NCBI GenBank assembly: GCA_028823235.1
Contig: JAPKBW010000001.1
Location: forward strand, 142,405 to 206,404
DNA length: 64,000 nucleotides
Direction of reading: 5' to 3'
Origin: Longimicrobiales bacterium
GTDB lineage: Bacteria > Gemmatimonadota > Gemmatimonadetes > Longimicrobiales > Gaopeijiaceae
Below the pieces are notes generated by a model, which saw only the letters and a program-made list of their open reading frames with translations, ran no database searches and had not been told where the DNA came from. The translations under genes were made by a program, and so were the position numbers. Shown here piece after piece: positions 39,591 through 49,532 of this stretch (positions are counted from its first letter, which is position 1; each line of letters opens with the position of its first letter).

Positions 39591-41150
39591 TCACTTCAGC
39601 CCGGCCTCGAATACGTACACTCTCTCGTCACGGCGAGCGTCCCAGGTGATACGGTTCGACACGCCGTAAAAGTCCGGCTGGAAATACAGGTGCAGCCAAG
39701 GCCCATCGTCGTAGAAAACCTGGAGCATCTCATCAATGATGGTACGGGTCTCCTCAGGAGTCGTGGCCGCGGCCAGATCGGGCCAGCGCCGGAACCAGCG
39801 GTCGTCACTCCAGTGGGTGTAGTTCGTGCCCGAGTCCACGGCCGCCATGTCGGTCATATCGTAGATCGGACTCCAGAGGCCTCCGCCAGTTCCGAGGAAG
39901 AAGAGGGGACCCATGCTGCGCTCCCTGAGGAGTGGCGTGTAGACGGAAGCCCACTCGAGAAGCTCCACCTCGACGTCGAGCCCCACGTCCTGCAAGTACT
40001 GACTGATTGCGAGGACAACGTTCACGTCGTTTACGTACCGTCCGCGCCCCGCCTGGAGTCGGATAGAGAACCGGTTGCCATCGTCTCCCCGGGGGTGGCC
40101 CGCCTCATCGAGAAGCCGCTCTGCCGTGTCCGGATCGTACGGATACGGCGTCAGGTTCATTTTACCGTTCGGCGGATTCACAGGGCCGGTCGCACGGTCA
40201 CACTCGACACTCAGGAGTTGCTCGCAAATGGTGGGGACGTCCACCGCGTACTGGAGCGCGCGCCGCACACGGGCATCCTGGATCTCCTCTCCACCCGGCA
40301 TCTGTCGCGAAGCTTCCGAGAGGCTGAAGCCCAGATACATCCGTCGTGTCCCAGACACCACACGGACTTCAGCACGACCCGACCCATCGATCGCCTCGAT
40401 CTGTTCCGGCACCACGTTGGTGATGATGTCCACATTTCCGGCGACGAGTTCCGCAGTGCGAGTCGAGGCCTCCGGAATGATTCGCCACACAATTCGCTGA
40501 AAATTTCCGGGCTCCCGCACCTTCTCGAGCACGACCTCGGACCCGCGGGTCCAAGACGTCAGGCGGTATGAGCCCGATCCGATCGGGTTGGACGCCGCCT
40601 CATCCAGGGTCATCTGCTCATAGCTGTCCTTGCAGTGAACGTAGATCTCGGTGAGCAGCCCAAACGCGATCGGGTTCTTTCTGGCGATGTTGATCTGCAC
40701 CCGGAGGTCATCGAGCGCCACAGCATTCTGGAACCCGACAGAGGTGTAGACAAAGCCAGGAGCGTTCCCAGTGAAGCGATTCTCCGGGTCCCGGATCCTG
40801 TTGAACGTGTAGGCCACGTCCTCGGCGGTCAGGGCCTCGCCATCGTGGCAGGTCATGCCCTCGTTGAGAGTGTAGATATAGCCCGTGCCGTCTTCCGTGA
40901 TCTCCAGCGTGTGGGCGAGATCGGGGATGGGTTCTCCAGCGGCACTCAGAGTGAAAAGGCTGCCAAAGATGTGCTCGGCGATATTCGAATTATCTCGACT
41001 CGAGATCATTCCCGGTTCGAAGGTCGTGATATCGGCGCTGAGTCCCACGATTATGGTGTCGTCAGCTCGCTCAGCGCACCCGGTGGCGACCAGGATTGCG
41101 CCAAACAGCCCAGCTAATGCGGTCCGGGCGGCGTTGGTTCGAAGATTCAT
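39591..41150 (-). CDS. ABC transporter substrate-binding lipoprotein, family 5 (peptide/nickel/opine type)
   Basis: Lipobox LVATGCA, 519 aa, with typical SBP_bac_5 segments (TFEPGMISSRDN, GSGSYRLTSWTRGSEVVLEK). Confidence 0.85.
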   Translation of the reverse strand: MNLRTNAARTALAGLFGAILVATGCAERADDTIIVGLSADITTFEPGMISSRDNSNIAEHIFGSLFTLSAAGEPIPDLAHTLEITEDGTGYIYTLNEGMTCHDGEALTAEDVAYTFNRIRDPENRFTGNAPGFVYTSVGFQNAVALDDLRVQINIARKNPIAFGLLTEIYVHCKDSYEQMTLDEAASNPIGSGSYRLTSWTRGSEVVLEKVREPGNFQRIVWRIIPEASTRTAELVAGNVDIITNVVPEQIEAIDGSGRAEVRVVSGTRRMYLGFSLSEASRQMPGGEEIQDARVRRALQYAVDVPTICEQLLSVECDRATGPVNPPNGKMNLTPYPYDPDTAERLLDEAGHPRGDDGNRFSIRLQAGRGRYVNDVNVVLAISQYLQDVGLDVEVELLEWASVYTPLLRERSMGPLFFLGTGGGLWSPIYDMTDMAAVDSGTNYTHWSDDRWFRRWPDLAAATTPEETRTIIDEMLQVFYDDGPWLHLYFQPDFYGVSNRITWDARRDERVYVFEAGLK

Positions 41151-41157
41151 CGGCGGG

Positions 41158-42177
41158 TCATCCTCCTTGCTCGTTGAGACTCACGGTGCCTTCGCCCTCG
41201 GAAGACCGTATGCACGCCTCCACCATTCGAAGGGAATTCAGGTGGTCAGTGCCGGGACACGGCAGCGGGGTGCCGTCCTTCAGGTGGCTCACGAAGTCGA
41301 CGAGAAAGGCGCGGGCATCGTCGACCCATGGTTCGTCGTCGGGAAGGTCGACCGGCGTAAGCTCCGGGTCGTCACGGAATGCGTAGCTCAGCGCCCCGAA
41401 CATCTCCCCCTGCACCGCAATGCCTCGCTGGCACTCGGTGCGCCAATCAAAACCCATCTGCTGCCAGTTCCCTGCCCATGTGCCCTGGTATGTCACTTCG
41501 ATGCCCCCACTGAAGGTGATGAGCGCACCGACGTTGGCATCACCGCCATACATGGACCACGACGGGTTGAACGTCCGGGCGGAAATGGCGACCGGCTCCG
41601 CGTCGTAGACAAAGCGCATGAGGTCGAAGTGATGGATCGACTGCTCCCACAGCATGGGCTGTGACATGGAGAGGGGGTACTTGTTCAGACGTGGCATGCG
41701 TCCGTCACGCCACCTTTCATATGTGAAGCGCCCGAACTCCGGCGGGCCCAGCCGATCGGGAGAAAAAAGCTCCTTTAGCGCCTGGGTCACCCCGAGGTAA
41801 CGGAAGTTGAGTCCAACCGCGAGCGGGACTCCTGCCACCGCAGCTGCGGTCACATGGGACTGTGCGTCGGCAACCGTGTCCGCCAAAGGCTTCTCGGCCA
41901 GAATTGCCAATCGCGCAGCACAGGCTGCGGCAACCTGAGAATGCCGTCCACCCGGTGGAGTGCACAAAAGGGCGACATCCGCGTCGACCTCGGCCGCGAC
42001 CTCTTCCAGGGAAGCTCCTCCAACCGTGCCGGGGACCGCGGCCACCGCCATCGAGAGTCGCTCCGGGTCGGTCTCGACCAGCCCTACGATGAGACAATCC
42101 GGGTGCTCACCCAAGACCTTCTGCCAAGTTTTCGACCGGGCGCCCAGACCGACGAGAATGAAGCGGAGCGGCTTCAC
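41158..42177 (-). CDS. Gfo/Idh/MocA family oxidoreductase
   Basis: GTG 42177 overlaps the upstream stop (GTGA). RFILVGLGARSKTW Rossmann start and ILAEKP motif. Confidence 0.75.
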   Translation of the reverse strand: MKPLRFILVGLGARSKTWQKVLGEHPDCLIVGLVETDPERLSMAVAAVPGTVGGASLEEVAAEVDADVALLCTPPGGRHSQVAAACAARLAILAEKPLADTVADAQSHVTAAAVAGVPLAVGLNFRYLGVTQALKELFSPDRLGPPEFGRFTYERWRDGRMPRLNKYPLSMSQPMLWEQSIHHFDLMRFVYDAEPVAISARTFNPSWSMYGGDANVGALITFSGGIEVTYQGTWAGNWQQMGFDWRTECQRGIAVQGEMFGALSYAFRDDPELTPVDLPDDEPWVDDARAFLVDFVSHLKDGTPLPCPGTDHLNSLRMVEACIRSSEGEGTVSLNEQGG

Positions 42178-43082
42178 GCAGCAACCTCCTCGGTCAGCAG
42201 AAGTTGAAGGCCGGCGGCCGGATCCGTCCATTCGAAGTCGCGAAGAGCGGCTACATCGCTTGGGACCATGGGCGGCTTCACCTGTCCTGCCGCGGGCTGT
42301 GTGATCCTTGTCGCGGCTGGAAACACATGAGCAATCAGCTCCGCGAATTCGCTGTCCGAACATACATGAGGGCTCCCGAGGTGAATCGGGCGTCCAGCGG
42401 CCACTTCCTCCGCCAGTCTCTCGAGCGCACCAGCCAGATCCGCAGTGAACGTCCAGTCTCTCACGGGATCGTCTGATCTCACCACCAGAGGTTCACCAGC
42501 CCGGGCAGCGGCGACCCATCCGGCGACAAGCGATACCCTGAGCCGGCTGGCGATAGCCATCTCACCTGGACCGAAGAGGTATCCAAGCCGCACTACGTGG
42601 ACGGCCGTGCCGTGGTCCAGTGAAGTCTGAACCAGCGATTCACCTGCAAGCTTGGCCACGGCGTATGGAGACGCTCCGGTTGGTTGATCAGCATCAGTCA
42701 ATCCCCCTACTGCGTCTTCGGCAGCAAAGACGCCGGACGAGCTCACGAAGACGAAGGCGCGAGGACAAGTCCGCGTCGCGTACTCGAGCACCTTCTCCAG
42801 AGGACGAAGGTTCAATGCGAGATATCCGTCCGGAGTCACTCCCAGCGTCTCGGGGTCAGTGGTCACCCATGCCGCGTGGACGACCAGGTCCACCCCCGGA
42901 ACCGCTTCAGGCACTCCTTCCATCAACTCCACGGTCACTCGACGGATCGCTTCATGCCCGGGTCGATCGTCAAAGGCTCGATCCAAGGCGATGACCTCCC
43001 AGCCGAGCTTCGCAAAGCCCAATGACAGGGCGCTTCCTGCGAAGCCCCCCGCGCCGGTGATCAGGACCCGTCTCCTTATCAT
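42174..43082 (-). CDS. NAD-dependent epimerase/dehydratase (extended SDR)
   Basis: VLITGAGGFAGSAL and YAVAKLAGE (YxxxK). Confidence 0.8.
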   Translation of the reverse strand: MIRRRVLITGAGGFAGSALSLGFAKLGWEVIALDRAFDDRPGHEAIRRVTVELMEGVPEAVPGVDLVVHAAWVTTDPETLGVTPDGYLALNLRPLEKVLEYATRTCPRAFVFVSSSGVFAAEDAVGGLTDADQPTGASPYAVAKLAGESLVQTSLDHGTAVHVVRLGYLFGPGEMAIASRLRVSLVAGWVAAARAGEPLVVRSDDPVRDWTFTADLAGALERLAEEVAAGRPIHLGSPHVCSDSEFAELIAHVFPAATRITQPAAGQVKPPMVPSDVAALRDFEWTDPAAGLQLLLTEEVAA

Positions 43083-43738
43083 TCCGGGTGCTCGGCGATG
43101 CTAGCTGGATCGAAGTCCGCGAGCGCGTTGGCATGCTCGAAAACAAGGTGCACTGCCTGCTCCATATCGCTGGTCTCAAGCGCATTCACAATGGGAGGAT
43201 GCGTTCTCGCGATGTCGACCAGGTCGACCTCGCGGTCGTTCCGAAGGGACATGATCTGGTGGATACGGAGGTACAGCCCCGCCCACAGTTGAGCCAGCAA
43301 TTGATGATCCGAGAGTCGGATGAGCGTTCGATGGAAGGCTTCGTCTGCCGCGATCAGGGAGTCCCGATCGTCCGCAGTTGCAGCTTCCTCCATGGCCCGG
43401 CACGGCGCCCAGAGTGATTCAACCACAGTGCCCTGATTCAAAATGCGGCGGACAGCCATCACTTCGAAGAGCTGCCGCATTTCGCAGATCTCAGCCACTT
43501 CCTGCACAGTGAGAGGCTTCACGCGCTTCCGTCGATACGCCATGGTCTCCACGAGACCATCGTTCTCGAGGTCTTGAATCGCTTCTCGGATCGGTGCGCG
43601 ACTTACGCGCAACTGCTCAGCAAGCGCGGTCTCTACAAGGGGAGTTCCAGGGCGGATCTTCCCCGTGACAATCGCGGAGCGGAGACGTTCAGCTACCTGC
43701 ACGCGGAGGGGCATCTGTTCGATGGGGCCGAGCGGCAT
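43079..43738 (-). CDS. GntR-family transcriptional regulator with FCD (FadR C-terminal) domain
   Basis: Winged-helix segment LVETALAEQLRVSRAPIREAIQDLENDGLV followed by a helical FCD-like C-terminus. Confidence 0.85.
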   Translation of the reverse strand: MPLGPIEQMPLRVQVAERLRSAIVTGKIRPGTPLVETALAEQLRVSRAPIREAIQDLENDGLVETMAYRRKRVKPLTVQEVAEICEMRQLFEVMAVRRILNQGTVVESLWAPCRAMEEAATADDRDSLIAADEAFHRTLIRLSDHQLLAQLWAGLYLRIHQIMSLRNDREVDLVDIARTHPPIVNALETSDMEQAVHLVFEHANALADFDPASIAEHPE

Positions 43739-43763
43739 GTCGGCGGTGGAGAGATCAACAGAG

Positions 43764-44264
43764 TCAGACAGGGGAGTCCTCCTCGGTTGTAGGCACAGCC
43801 GTCGCAGGCAAAGCGTCCACGTTCATCTCGATCGGAGCGAATACGTCGTCATCCTTCCCACCCCGCCACATCATCACGGCGAAAGTGGCCTCAGAATCGA
43901 GCACTGCAATTCCCGCGTGCCATGTCCCGGGGTGGTAAACCACGCCCAACGTGCCCGGCACGACAAACGTCAATGCCCGGCCGGGATCAGGGGCACCAGA
44001 TTCGTCTGAGGGCATCACCGTTACGAGATAGCGCGACACGCCCATCGGCAGAAAGAGCTGGGCCGCGAAGGGGTGGCACTCCACCTGTTCAAGCGTGAGT
44101 GGCAGCGTCGAAGGTGAGACCCGATTCAAGTGACACTGCTGTATCCGCCCCGAGACAGGCTCCAGCCAATGCTGGAACATCAATCGCTCGCCGACCTCGG
44201 TTGGTGGCGTGAGGAACGCACCAAACGGCGCAAAGGCAGAAGGATCCGGATCCTGAGGCGTCAC
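43764..44264 (-). CDS. Ureidoglycolate lyase-fold protein (AllA family)
   Basis: GTG 44264 overlaps the upstream stop (GTGA). ECHPFAAQLFLPM, LTFVVPGTLGVVYHPGTWHAG and FAVMMW match the AllA pattern. Confidence 0.7.
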   Translation of the reverse strand: MTPQDPDPSAFAPFGAFLTPPTEVGERLMFQHWLEPVSGRIQQCHLNRVSPSTLPLTLEQVECHPFAAQLFLPMGVSRYLVTVMPSDESGAPDPGRALTFVVPGTLGVVYHPGTWHAGIAVLDSEATFAVMMWRGGKDDDVFAPIEMNVDALPATAVPTTEEDSPV

Positions 44265-45193
44265 TGTGACGCCATCGGCTCGGGGGGAGGCACGACGGAA
44301 CGCCAGTGATTGGCGAGATCTCCGCGGCGGCAAATCCAGACGTCGTCCCGGTCCATGATATGGTCCAGGAATGCATGGAGCCCCACGATCCGGGCCGGCT
44401 GTCCAAGAATTCGGGCGTGCATCCCGATGGACATCATCCGTGGATGCAAGTCTCCTTCGGCGACGAGGACCTCGAAAGCATCGATGAGGAAGTCACCGAA
44501 CGCCCGCCCCGTTACGAGAGGACCTCCGACGAGCTTGGCGTCGTTGGTCACCAATGAATACGGCACCACCAAGTGGGGACGGTTCTCCACCTGTACCCAG
44601 TAAGGAAGTTCGTCGTTGTAGGCGTCACTGTCGTAGCTGAAGCCACCGTGCTCAACGAGCAGACGTCGCGTGGCCGTGGACGGTGCGTATCGACAATACC
44701 AACCCTCGGGCGAACAGCCGATCAATCGCTCGATCGTCTCGACTGCCTGGGCGATCTCTTCTCTTTCAGCCGTCTCGTCGAGCAGATAGTGCTCGATCCA
44801 CCGCCTGCCATGGCACACGACGTCCCAGTCCCCCGCCGCTACCGCCTGGCGAACGACATGGGCCGCGGACGGATTCCTTTCCAGGGCCAGAGCCGAGGCG
44901 AAAATTGTCAGAGGCATTTTCCGAGTCTGAAAAAGCCGAAAGAGCCGCCAGAGCCCGACTCGGCTGCCGTACTCGAACATGCTCTCGGCTCCGAGATCCC
45001 GATCGCCCCGCGGAACCCTGGCCTGTGCGACCTCCGTGAGGGCGGCGTCGGATCGGCCGTCCCCATCTTCCAGGGAGTATTCCGAACCCTCCTCGACATT
45101 CAGTACGAAATTGACGGCCAGTCGCGCACCTCCGGGCCACCTGATATCCGGGGGGTTCTCTCCGTAACCAACGAAGTCGCGACTCGTCGACAC
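44261..45193 (-). CDS. puuE: PuuE-type allantoinase / polysaccharide-deacetylase-fold hydrolase
   Basis: RDFVGYGENPPDIRWPGGARLAVNFVLNVEEGSE, ESMFEYGSRVGLWRLFRLF, ALERNP and CHGRRWIEHY follow the PuuE signature closely. Confidence 0.75.
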   Translation of the reverse strand: MSTSRDFVGYGENPPDIRWPGGARLAVNFVLNVEEGSEYSLEDGDGRSDAALTEVAQARVPRGDRDLGAESMFEYGSRVGLWRLFRLFQTRKMPLTIFASALALERNPSAAHVVRQAVAAGDWDVVCHGRRWIEHYLLDETAEREEIAQAVETIERLIGCSPEGWYCRYAPSTATRRLLVEHGGFSYDSDAYNDELPYWVQVENRPHLVVPYSLVTNDAKLVGGPLVTGRAFGDFLIDAFEVLVAEGDLHPRMMSIGMHARILGQPARIVGLHAFLDHIMDRDDVWICRRGDLANHWRSVVPPPEPMASQ

Positions 45194-45194
45194 C

Positions 45195-45674
45195 TCAGAT
45201 CCCCTTGAAGTCTTCGTACTCTTTCAACTGATCGGGTGTGTAGACCTGCATGAATTCGATTTCGATACCGCCAGCCTCATCGTCCAAAAAGGCGACCCAT
45301 CCCTCGGGATGCGGATGCGAGCCGTGTACCTGACAAGCCTGGCAAATGCGTAGCGTCGCCCCCTGTTTTTCCGCATGGGCCAGCGCCACGTCGATGTCAT
45401 CCACCTCATAGCAGATGTGGTGGAGCCCTTCGGCGCCTCGCTCGTCGATCCATTTCGCGAAGCGGCCGTCCGGCACCATGGACTCGCAGAGCTGGTATTC
45501 GATTCCGCCAAGGTAGAAAAGCGCGACCCGGTTCTGTGACTTGGGATACACGTGCATCTCGGTATCGGCCGGCACGTGAAGGAAGCGGGAGTACGCATCA
45601 AGCGCCTTAGCCGCATCGCGCACGGCAAAGGCCATATGCTGGATCCCACGGACGTTCGGATTATCTGATTTCAA
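45195..45674 (-). CDS. VOC (glyoxalase/epimerase-like) family protein
   Basis: IQHMAFAVRD, GLHHICYEVDD and IEIEFMQ metal-ligand contexts are typical of methylmalonyl-CoA-epimerase-like VOC proteins. Confidence 0.75.
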   Translation of the reverse strand: MKSDNPNVRGIQHMAFAVRDAAKALDAYSRFLHVPADTEMHVYPKSQNRVALFYLGGIEYQLCESMVPDGRFAKWIDERGAEGLHHICYEVDDIDVALAHAEKQGATLRICQACQVHGSHPHPEGWVAFLDDEAGGIEIEFMQVYTPDQLKEYEDFKGI

Positions 45675-45770
45675 CGGTCTGATCTCGCGCTGGTGGGGAT
45701 TCTATTTCTTCCTGGCAGCCTAGTGCTGGCCACCTCTTCGGAATTCGGACTCGCGCGCCGGCGCGAACAC

Positions 45771-46973
45771 TCATGCACCAGCCTGCTCCGTGCGGAGGGC
45801 CGCTACGACCTCGCCCATCCGGGCCAATGCCTCGTGAATGCGAGGGACATCCTGTGTCAGCGACATGCGCGCGTAGTCGTCCGTGTAGTCTCCATAGATC
45901 TTCCCCGGGAAGATCATGACCCGCCCCTCTGCGAGCAGACGCTCACAGAACGCGGTGGCTCCGACTCCGACCGCCGCGACCTTCGCGTAGACGTAGAAGG
46001 CCCCCTGGGGTTCGGCGAACGGAATGCCCAGCTCGGTCAGGCCTTCGCACAGCGCCTTTCTCCGCTCGTCGTACGTCAGGCGCATCTCCTCTACGCACTC
46101 CTGCGGTCCTGTAAGAGCTGCGAGCGCGGCGTGCTGGCCGACAGCAGAGGTCGAGATCGCAAAAGAGTGGTGGATCTCGGCCAGGGCGGGAATGAGGTCA
46201 GACGGACCCGCGAGGTATCCTACGCGCCAGCCGGTCATCGCATAGGACTTCGAGACCCCGGAGAGGGTAATCGTGCGTTCCTTCATCCCGGGGAGTGATG
46301 CGACCGGCACTGCGCGATGGCCGTCGTAGGTCATCCGGGCATAGATCTCGTCGGAAACCACGATCAGGTCGTGCTCGACCGCGACCTCGCAAATCCGGGC
46401 GACTTCAGCCGGAGGAATGACCGTGCCCGTCGGATTCCCGGGATTGATCAGGATGAGCACCTTCGAACGCGGCGTGATGTGCTCTCGAACCTGCTCCGCC
46501 GTAACCGTGAAGTGCGTCTCAGCAGACGTCCGGATATTCACGAGCGTGGCCTCAGTGAGCTCGGCCGCCTGCAGGTAGGGGTTGTAGCCCGGACACGGAA
46601 TCAGCAACTCGTCTCCAGGGTCGAGCAACCCGAGCGCGATGATGAACATCGCCTGCTGCCCACCCGGAGTAACCACGATGTCCTCGGGCGCGTACTGAGC
46701 GCCGCCGTGGGAGACGATGTTGTCTGCGATCGCCTTCCGGAGCTCCGGAAGGCCGAGTGGATGCGTGTAGTGCGTCGCACCGGCGGCCAGCGCATCCTGG
46801 CCCGCCCGGACGATATGGTCTGGTGTGTCGAGGTCAGGATCACCACGCCCAAGCTTGATCACATCCGGCAGTCCCTCAGCGATATCCATCATCCGGGTGA
46901 CGATGTGTTTGTCTCGCAACTTCACGCGTCGGGCGAGGCGGCTTCGGCCCTCGGTCATCGTATCAGATTCCAT
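45771..46973 (-). CDS. Class I/II pyridoxal-phosphate-dependent aminotransferase
   Basis: LGRGDPDLDTP, INPGNPTG, and PLP-lysine context SGVSKSYAMTGWRVGY. The start is either ATG 46973 or ATG 46958. Confidence 0.85.
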   Translation of the reverse strand: MESDTMTEGRSRLARRVKLRDKHIVTRMMDIAEGLPDVIKLGRGDPDLDTPDHIVRAGQDALAAGATHYTHPLGLPELRKAIADNIVSHGGAQYAPEDIVVTPGGQQAMFIIALGLLDPGDELLIPCPGYNPYLQAAELTEATLVNIRTSAETHFTVTAEQVREHITPRSKVLILINPGNPTGTVIPPAEVARICEVAVEHDLIVVSDEIYARMTYDGHRAVPVASLPGMKERTITLSGVSKSYAMTGWRVGYLAGPSDLIPALAEIHHSFAISTSAVGQHAALAALTGPQECVEEMRLTYDERRKALCEGLTELGIPFAEPQGAFYVYAKVAAVGVGATAFCERLLAEGRVMIFPGKIYGDYTDDYARMSLTQDVPRIHEALARMGEVVAALRTEQAGA

Positions 46974-48483
46974 AAATCTCCGAGTACTTGTTACTGAGAT
47001 GTTCGATGTAATAGCTGGGTTCAAGACGCTCCCCAGTGGCCTTCTCAAGGAGCTCGTCGCGCAGGTAGCGGCGGCCGTGACGATGCACGTGCTCGGTCAT
47101 CCACTCGCGTAGCGGCACGTAGTTCGCCGCGGCCAGTCCTTCCTGGACCGACTCTTCTTTTGTGGCGGTGTGGAAGAGCTGTCCCGCCATCACATTCCCG
47201 ATCGTGTAGTTGCAGAAGGTCCCAACCTGACCAGACGACCAGTGGACATCCTGAAGTACACCGAGACGGTCGTGCGGAACGTCCAGCCCTAGATACTCCT
47301 TCATTTTCGTGTTCCACATCTCGGGGAGGTCAGACACCGCGAGGCTGCCATCAATGAGAGCGGCCTCGATCTCTACACGAAGCATGATGTGGAAGTCGTA
47401 CGTCAGTTCGTCGGACTCGACCCGGACGAGGCCAGGCTGCACCCGATTCACCGCGCGCCAGAAAGTCTCTGCATCGATTCCCGCGAGCTGATCCGGGAAC
47501 GTGTCGTGCAGCTCGCCGAAGTTCAGATCCCAGAACTCCCGGCTCCGCCCGACATGGTTTTCGAAGAGTCGTGACTGACTTTCGTGGGCTCCAAAGCTGA
47601 CCCCGCCGACCGCGTACAGACTGACGAGGTCCGTGGCCAAGGGCGTTCGGGTGTAGGCCGGGTCGCAGTACTGCTCGTAGAGAGCGTGTCCGGTCTCGTG
47701 GAGCGTTCCGAAGAGGCTCTTGGGCATCCACTCGTCGTTCACCCGAGTCGTGATCCGGACGTCGTTGCGTGTGAAGGAGACTTCGAATGGGTGAACGGTC
47801 AGATCCAGTCGGCCACGGTCCGTATCGTACCCAAGCTTCCTCGCCATCTTCAGGGCGAACTCAAGCTGCTTATCCACCGGGTAGGGTTGCTCGAGAAAGT
47901 CGATCCGGGGTGCTTCCTTCTCACCGATGGCCTGCACCAGCGGAAGGAGTCCCTCACGGAGGGTGGCGAACAACGGCTGCAAAGACGCTACCGTCTCGCC
48001 TGGCTCGAATCGGTACATGAGCGCGTCGTACGGATGATCCTCGTACCCGATGCACTCAGCCATCTCACGGTTCAGCGCGAGGGTCTCCTCAAGCACCGGG
48101 GCAAAGGAGGCAAAGTCGCTCTCTGCCCGGGCTTTCACCCAGACGTGCTGTCCCTTGGATCCCACCTCGGCACGCTTGTGCACCAATGCCGCCGGAATAC
48201 GGAGGTGATAATCGATGGCCTCCCGTACTTGAGCGCAGATCGTCCGCTCTACGCTGTCGAGAGAGAGGGAGGCGGTCTCCGCCTCGGCCCGATCGAGGAG
48301 TCGACGCGATTCGTCCGCAACCAGGTGGTTCCGCGCCATGACGGTCAGCGTAGCCAACTGCTTGGCACGGGTGTCACCCCCGCCGGACGGCATCATGGTC
48401 CTCGCGTCCCAATTGAGCATCGATTCGGCGCAGAGGAGGTCGTTGACCTCGCCCATTCGCTCAAGGAAAGCGTTGTACCCCAT
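46963..48483 (-). CDS. Carboxypeptidase, M32 (Taq-like) family
   Basis: HEXXH (LHETGHALYE), HESQSRLFEN and VRITTR motifs. Start set at ATG 48483. Confidence 0.85.
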   Translation of the reverse strand: MGYNAFLERMGEVNDLLCAESMLNWDARTMMPSGGGDTRAKQLATLTVMARNHLVADESRRLLDRAEAETASLSLDSVERTICAQVREAIDYHLRIPAALVHKRAEVGSKGQHVWVKARAESDFASFAPVLEETLALNREMAECIGYEDHPYDALMYRFEPGETVASLQPLFATLREGLLPLVQAIGEKEAPRIDFLEQPYPVDKQLEFALKMARKLGYDTDRGRLDLTVHPFEVSFTRNDVRITTRVNDEWMPKSLFGTLHETGHALYEQYCDPAYTRTPLATDLVSLYAVGGVSFGAHESQSRLFENHVGRSREFWDLNFGELHDTFPDQLAGIDAETFWRAVNRVQPGLVRVESDELTYDFHIMLRVEIEAALIDGSLAVSDLPEMWNTKMKEYLGLDVPHDRLGVLQDVHWSSGQVGTFCNYTIGNVMAGQLFHTATKEESVQEGLAAANYVPLREWMTEHVHRHGRRYLRDELLEKATGERLEPSYYIEHLSNKYSEIYGI

Positions 48484-48512
48484 AGGTTTGGACCCTTTTT
48501 CCCGGTATAAAG

Positions 48513-48569
48513 GTGGGTTTGCACCCACGCCTCAATCACAGTAGTCTGTATGTTGTCGACAGGCGACAA
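48513..48569. promoter_or_regulatory. Inverted repeats in the divergent promoter region; candidate operator(s) for the GntR regulator
   Basis: GTGGGT-TTGC-ACCCAC at 48513-48528. TTGTCG-ACAGG-CGACAA at 48553-48569 contains the 8-bp palindrome TGTCGACA (GT..AC core, as in many GntR operators). The repeats lie between the divergent starts 48483 (-) and 48663 (+). Confidence 0.3.
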
Positions 48570-48662
48570 GGCAACGTGGCCCGCCTCGACCGGGGTTGTC
48601 AAGCAGGTGTTCCGGCGCCCCAAACACCCTCTCATCGTTGAATTTGGACTCCCCGGAGGCAC

Positions 48663-49532
48663 ATGGCCGACCCGCTACAGTGGAACTTCGACGACCTCGT
48701 CGAGATGGCAGTCACTGGGCAGGTGAGTCAGCCTGCCATGCGAAGGGGTGGATACGTCCATCGACCTGACGGAGTCGGTGAGGTCCTGCCCGGCATGTAC
48801 GGAATCACGTACAACGCGCGGGTCGGTGACCGAGCTTTCGGCTGGGCCGGCGACCACGTGGAGCCCGGAGTCTCTATCGCGCATTCGGACGAGCGGGCGG
48901 ACTTCGCCCTCCACTACCTGACGTGTATCGGAAACGAAGCCGAAGTCGTAACCGGGCTGGCCCGAGGAGCAAAAGGCGTCATCACGGGAGAACACGCCCG
49001 TCTGCTGGTGGACTTTCCGCCTGATGTCCTCGAAGAGATGACAATCGGAGATACCGTCCAGATCCGAACGCTGGGTCGAGGACTGAGACTCCAAAGCCAC
49101 CCCGGCATCGAGTTCAAGAAGACGAGCCCATCTCTCGCCAAGGCTTTTGGCCTGCGGCTGAACGACGAGCAGGTGAGCTGTCCGGTGGCCATGGAGCTGC
49201 CACCCCGAATCATGGGCTCAGGAGCGGAAATCAACTCCGAGTTCGTCGATCAGGACCTCATGTCCGGTGATCGGGCCTTGATGGCCGAGCTCGGGATCGA
49301 CCAGATGCGCCTGGGCGACATGATCGGCATTCGAAACGTCGACCACCGCTTCGGCCGCTCCTACCGCGAAGGCTGGGTGGCCATCTGCGTCTGCATACAC
49401 GGTGACTCCGTAATGACCGGACACGGGCCTGGGATTCTGACTCTGATGACCGGACCGCCCGAACTCCTCGACTTCCATATCGACCCCACGGCGAACATCG
49501 CCCACACCCTTGGCATCCGGGGCATGGCATGA
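48663..49532 (+). CDS. DUF4438 domain protein (copy 1)
   Basis: GGAGG lies 5 nt upstream of the ATG. ITYNARVGDRAFGWAGDHVEPGVSI and ...GHGPGILTLMTGP resemble the DUF4438 family as I recall it. Clear paralog of the next gene. Confidence 0.6.
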   Translation: MADPLQWNFDDLVEMAVTGQVSQPAMRRGGYVHRPDGVGEVLPGMYGITYNARVGDRAFGWAGDHVEPGVSIAHSDERADFALHYLTCIGNEAEVVTGLARGAKGVITGEHARLLVDFPPDVLEEMTIGDTVQIRTLGRGLRLQSHPGIEFKKTSPSLAKAFGLRLNDEQVSCPVAMELPPRIMGSGAEINSEFVDQDLMSGDRALMAELGIDQMRLGDMIGIRNVDHRFGRSYREGWVAICVCIHGDSVMTGHGPGILTLMTGPPELLDFHIDPTANIAHTLGIRGMA

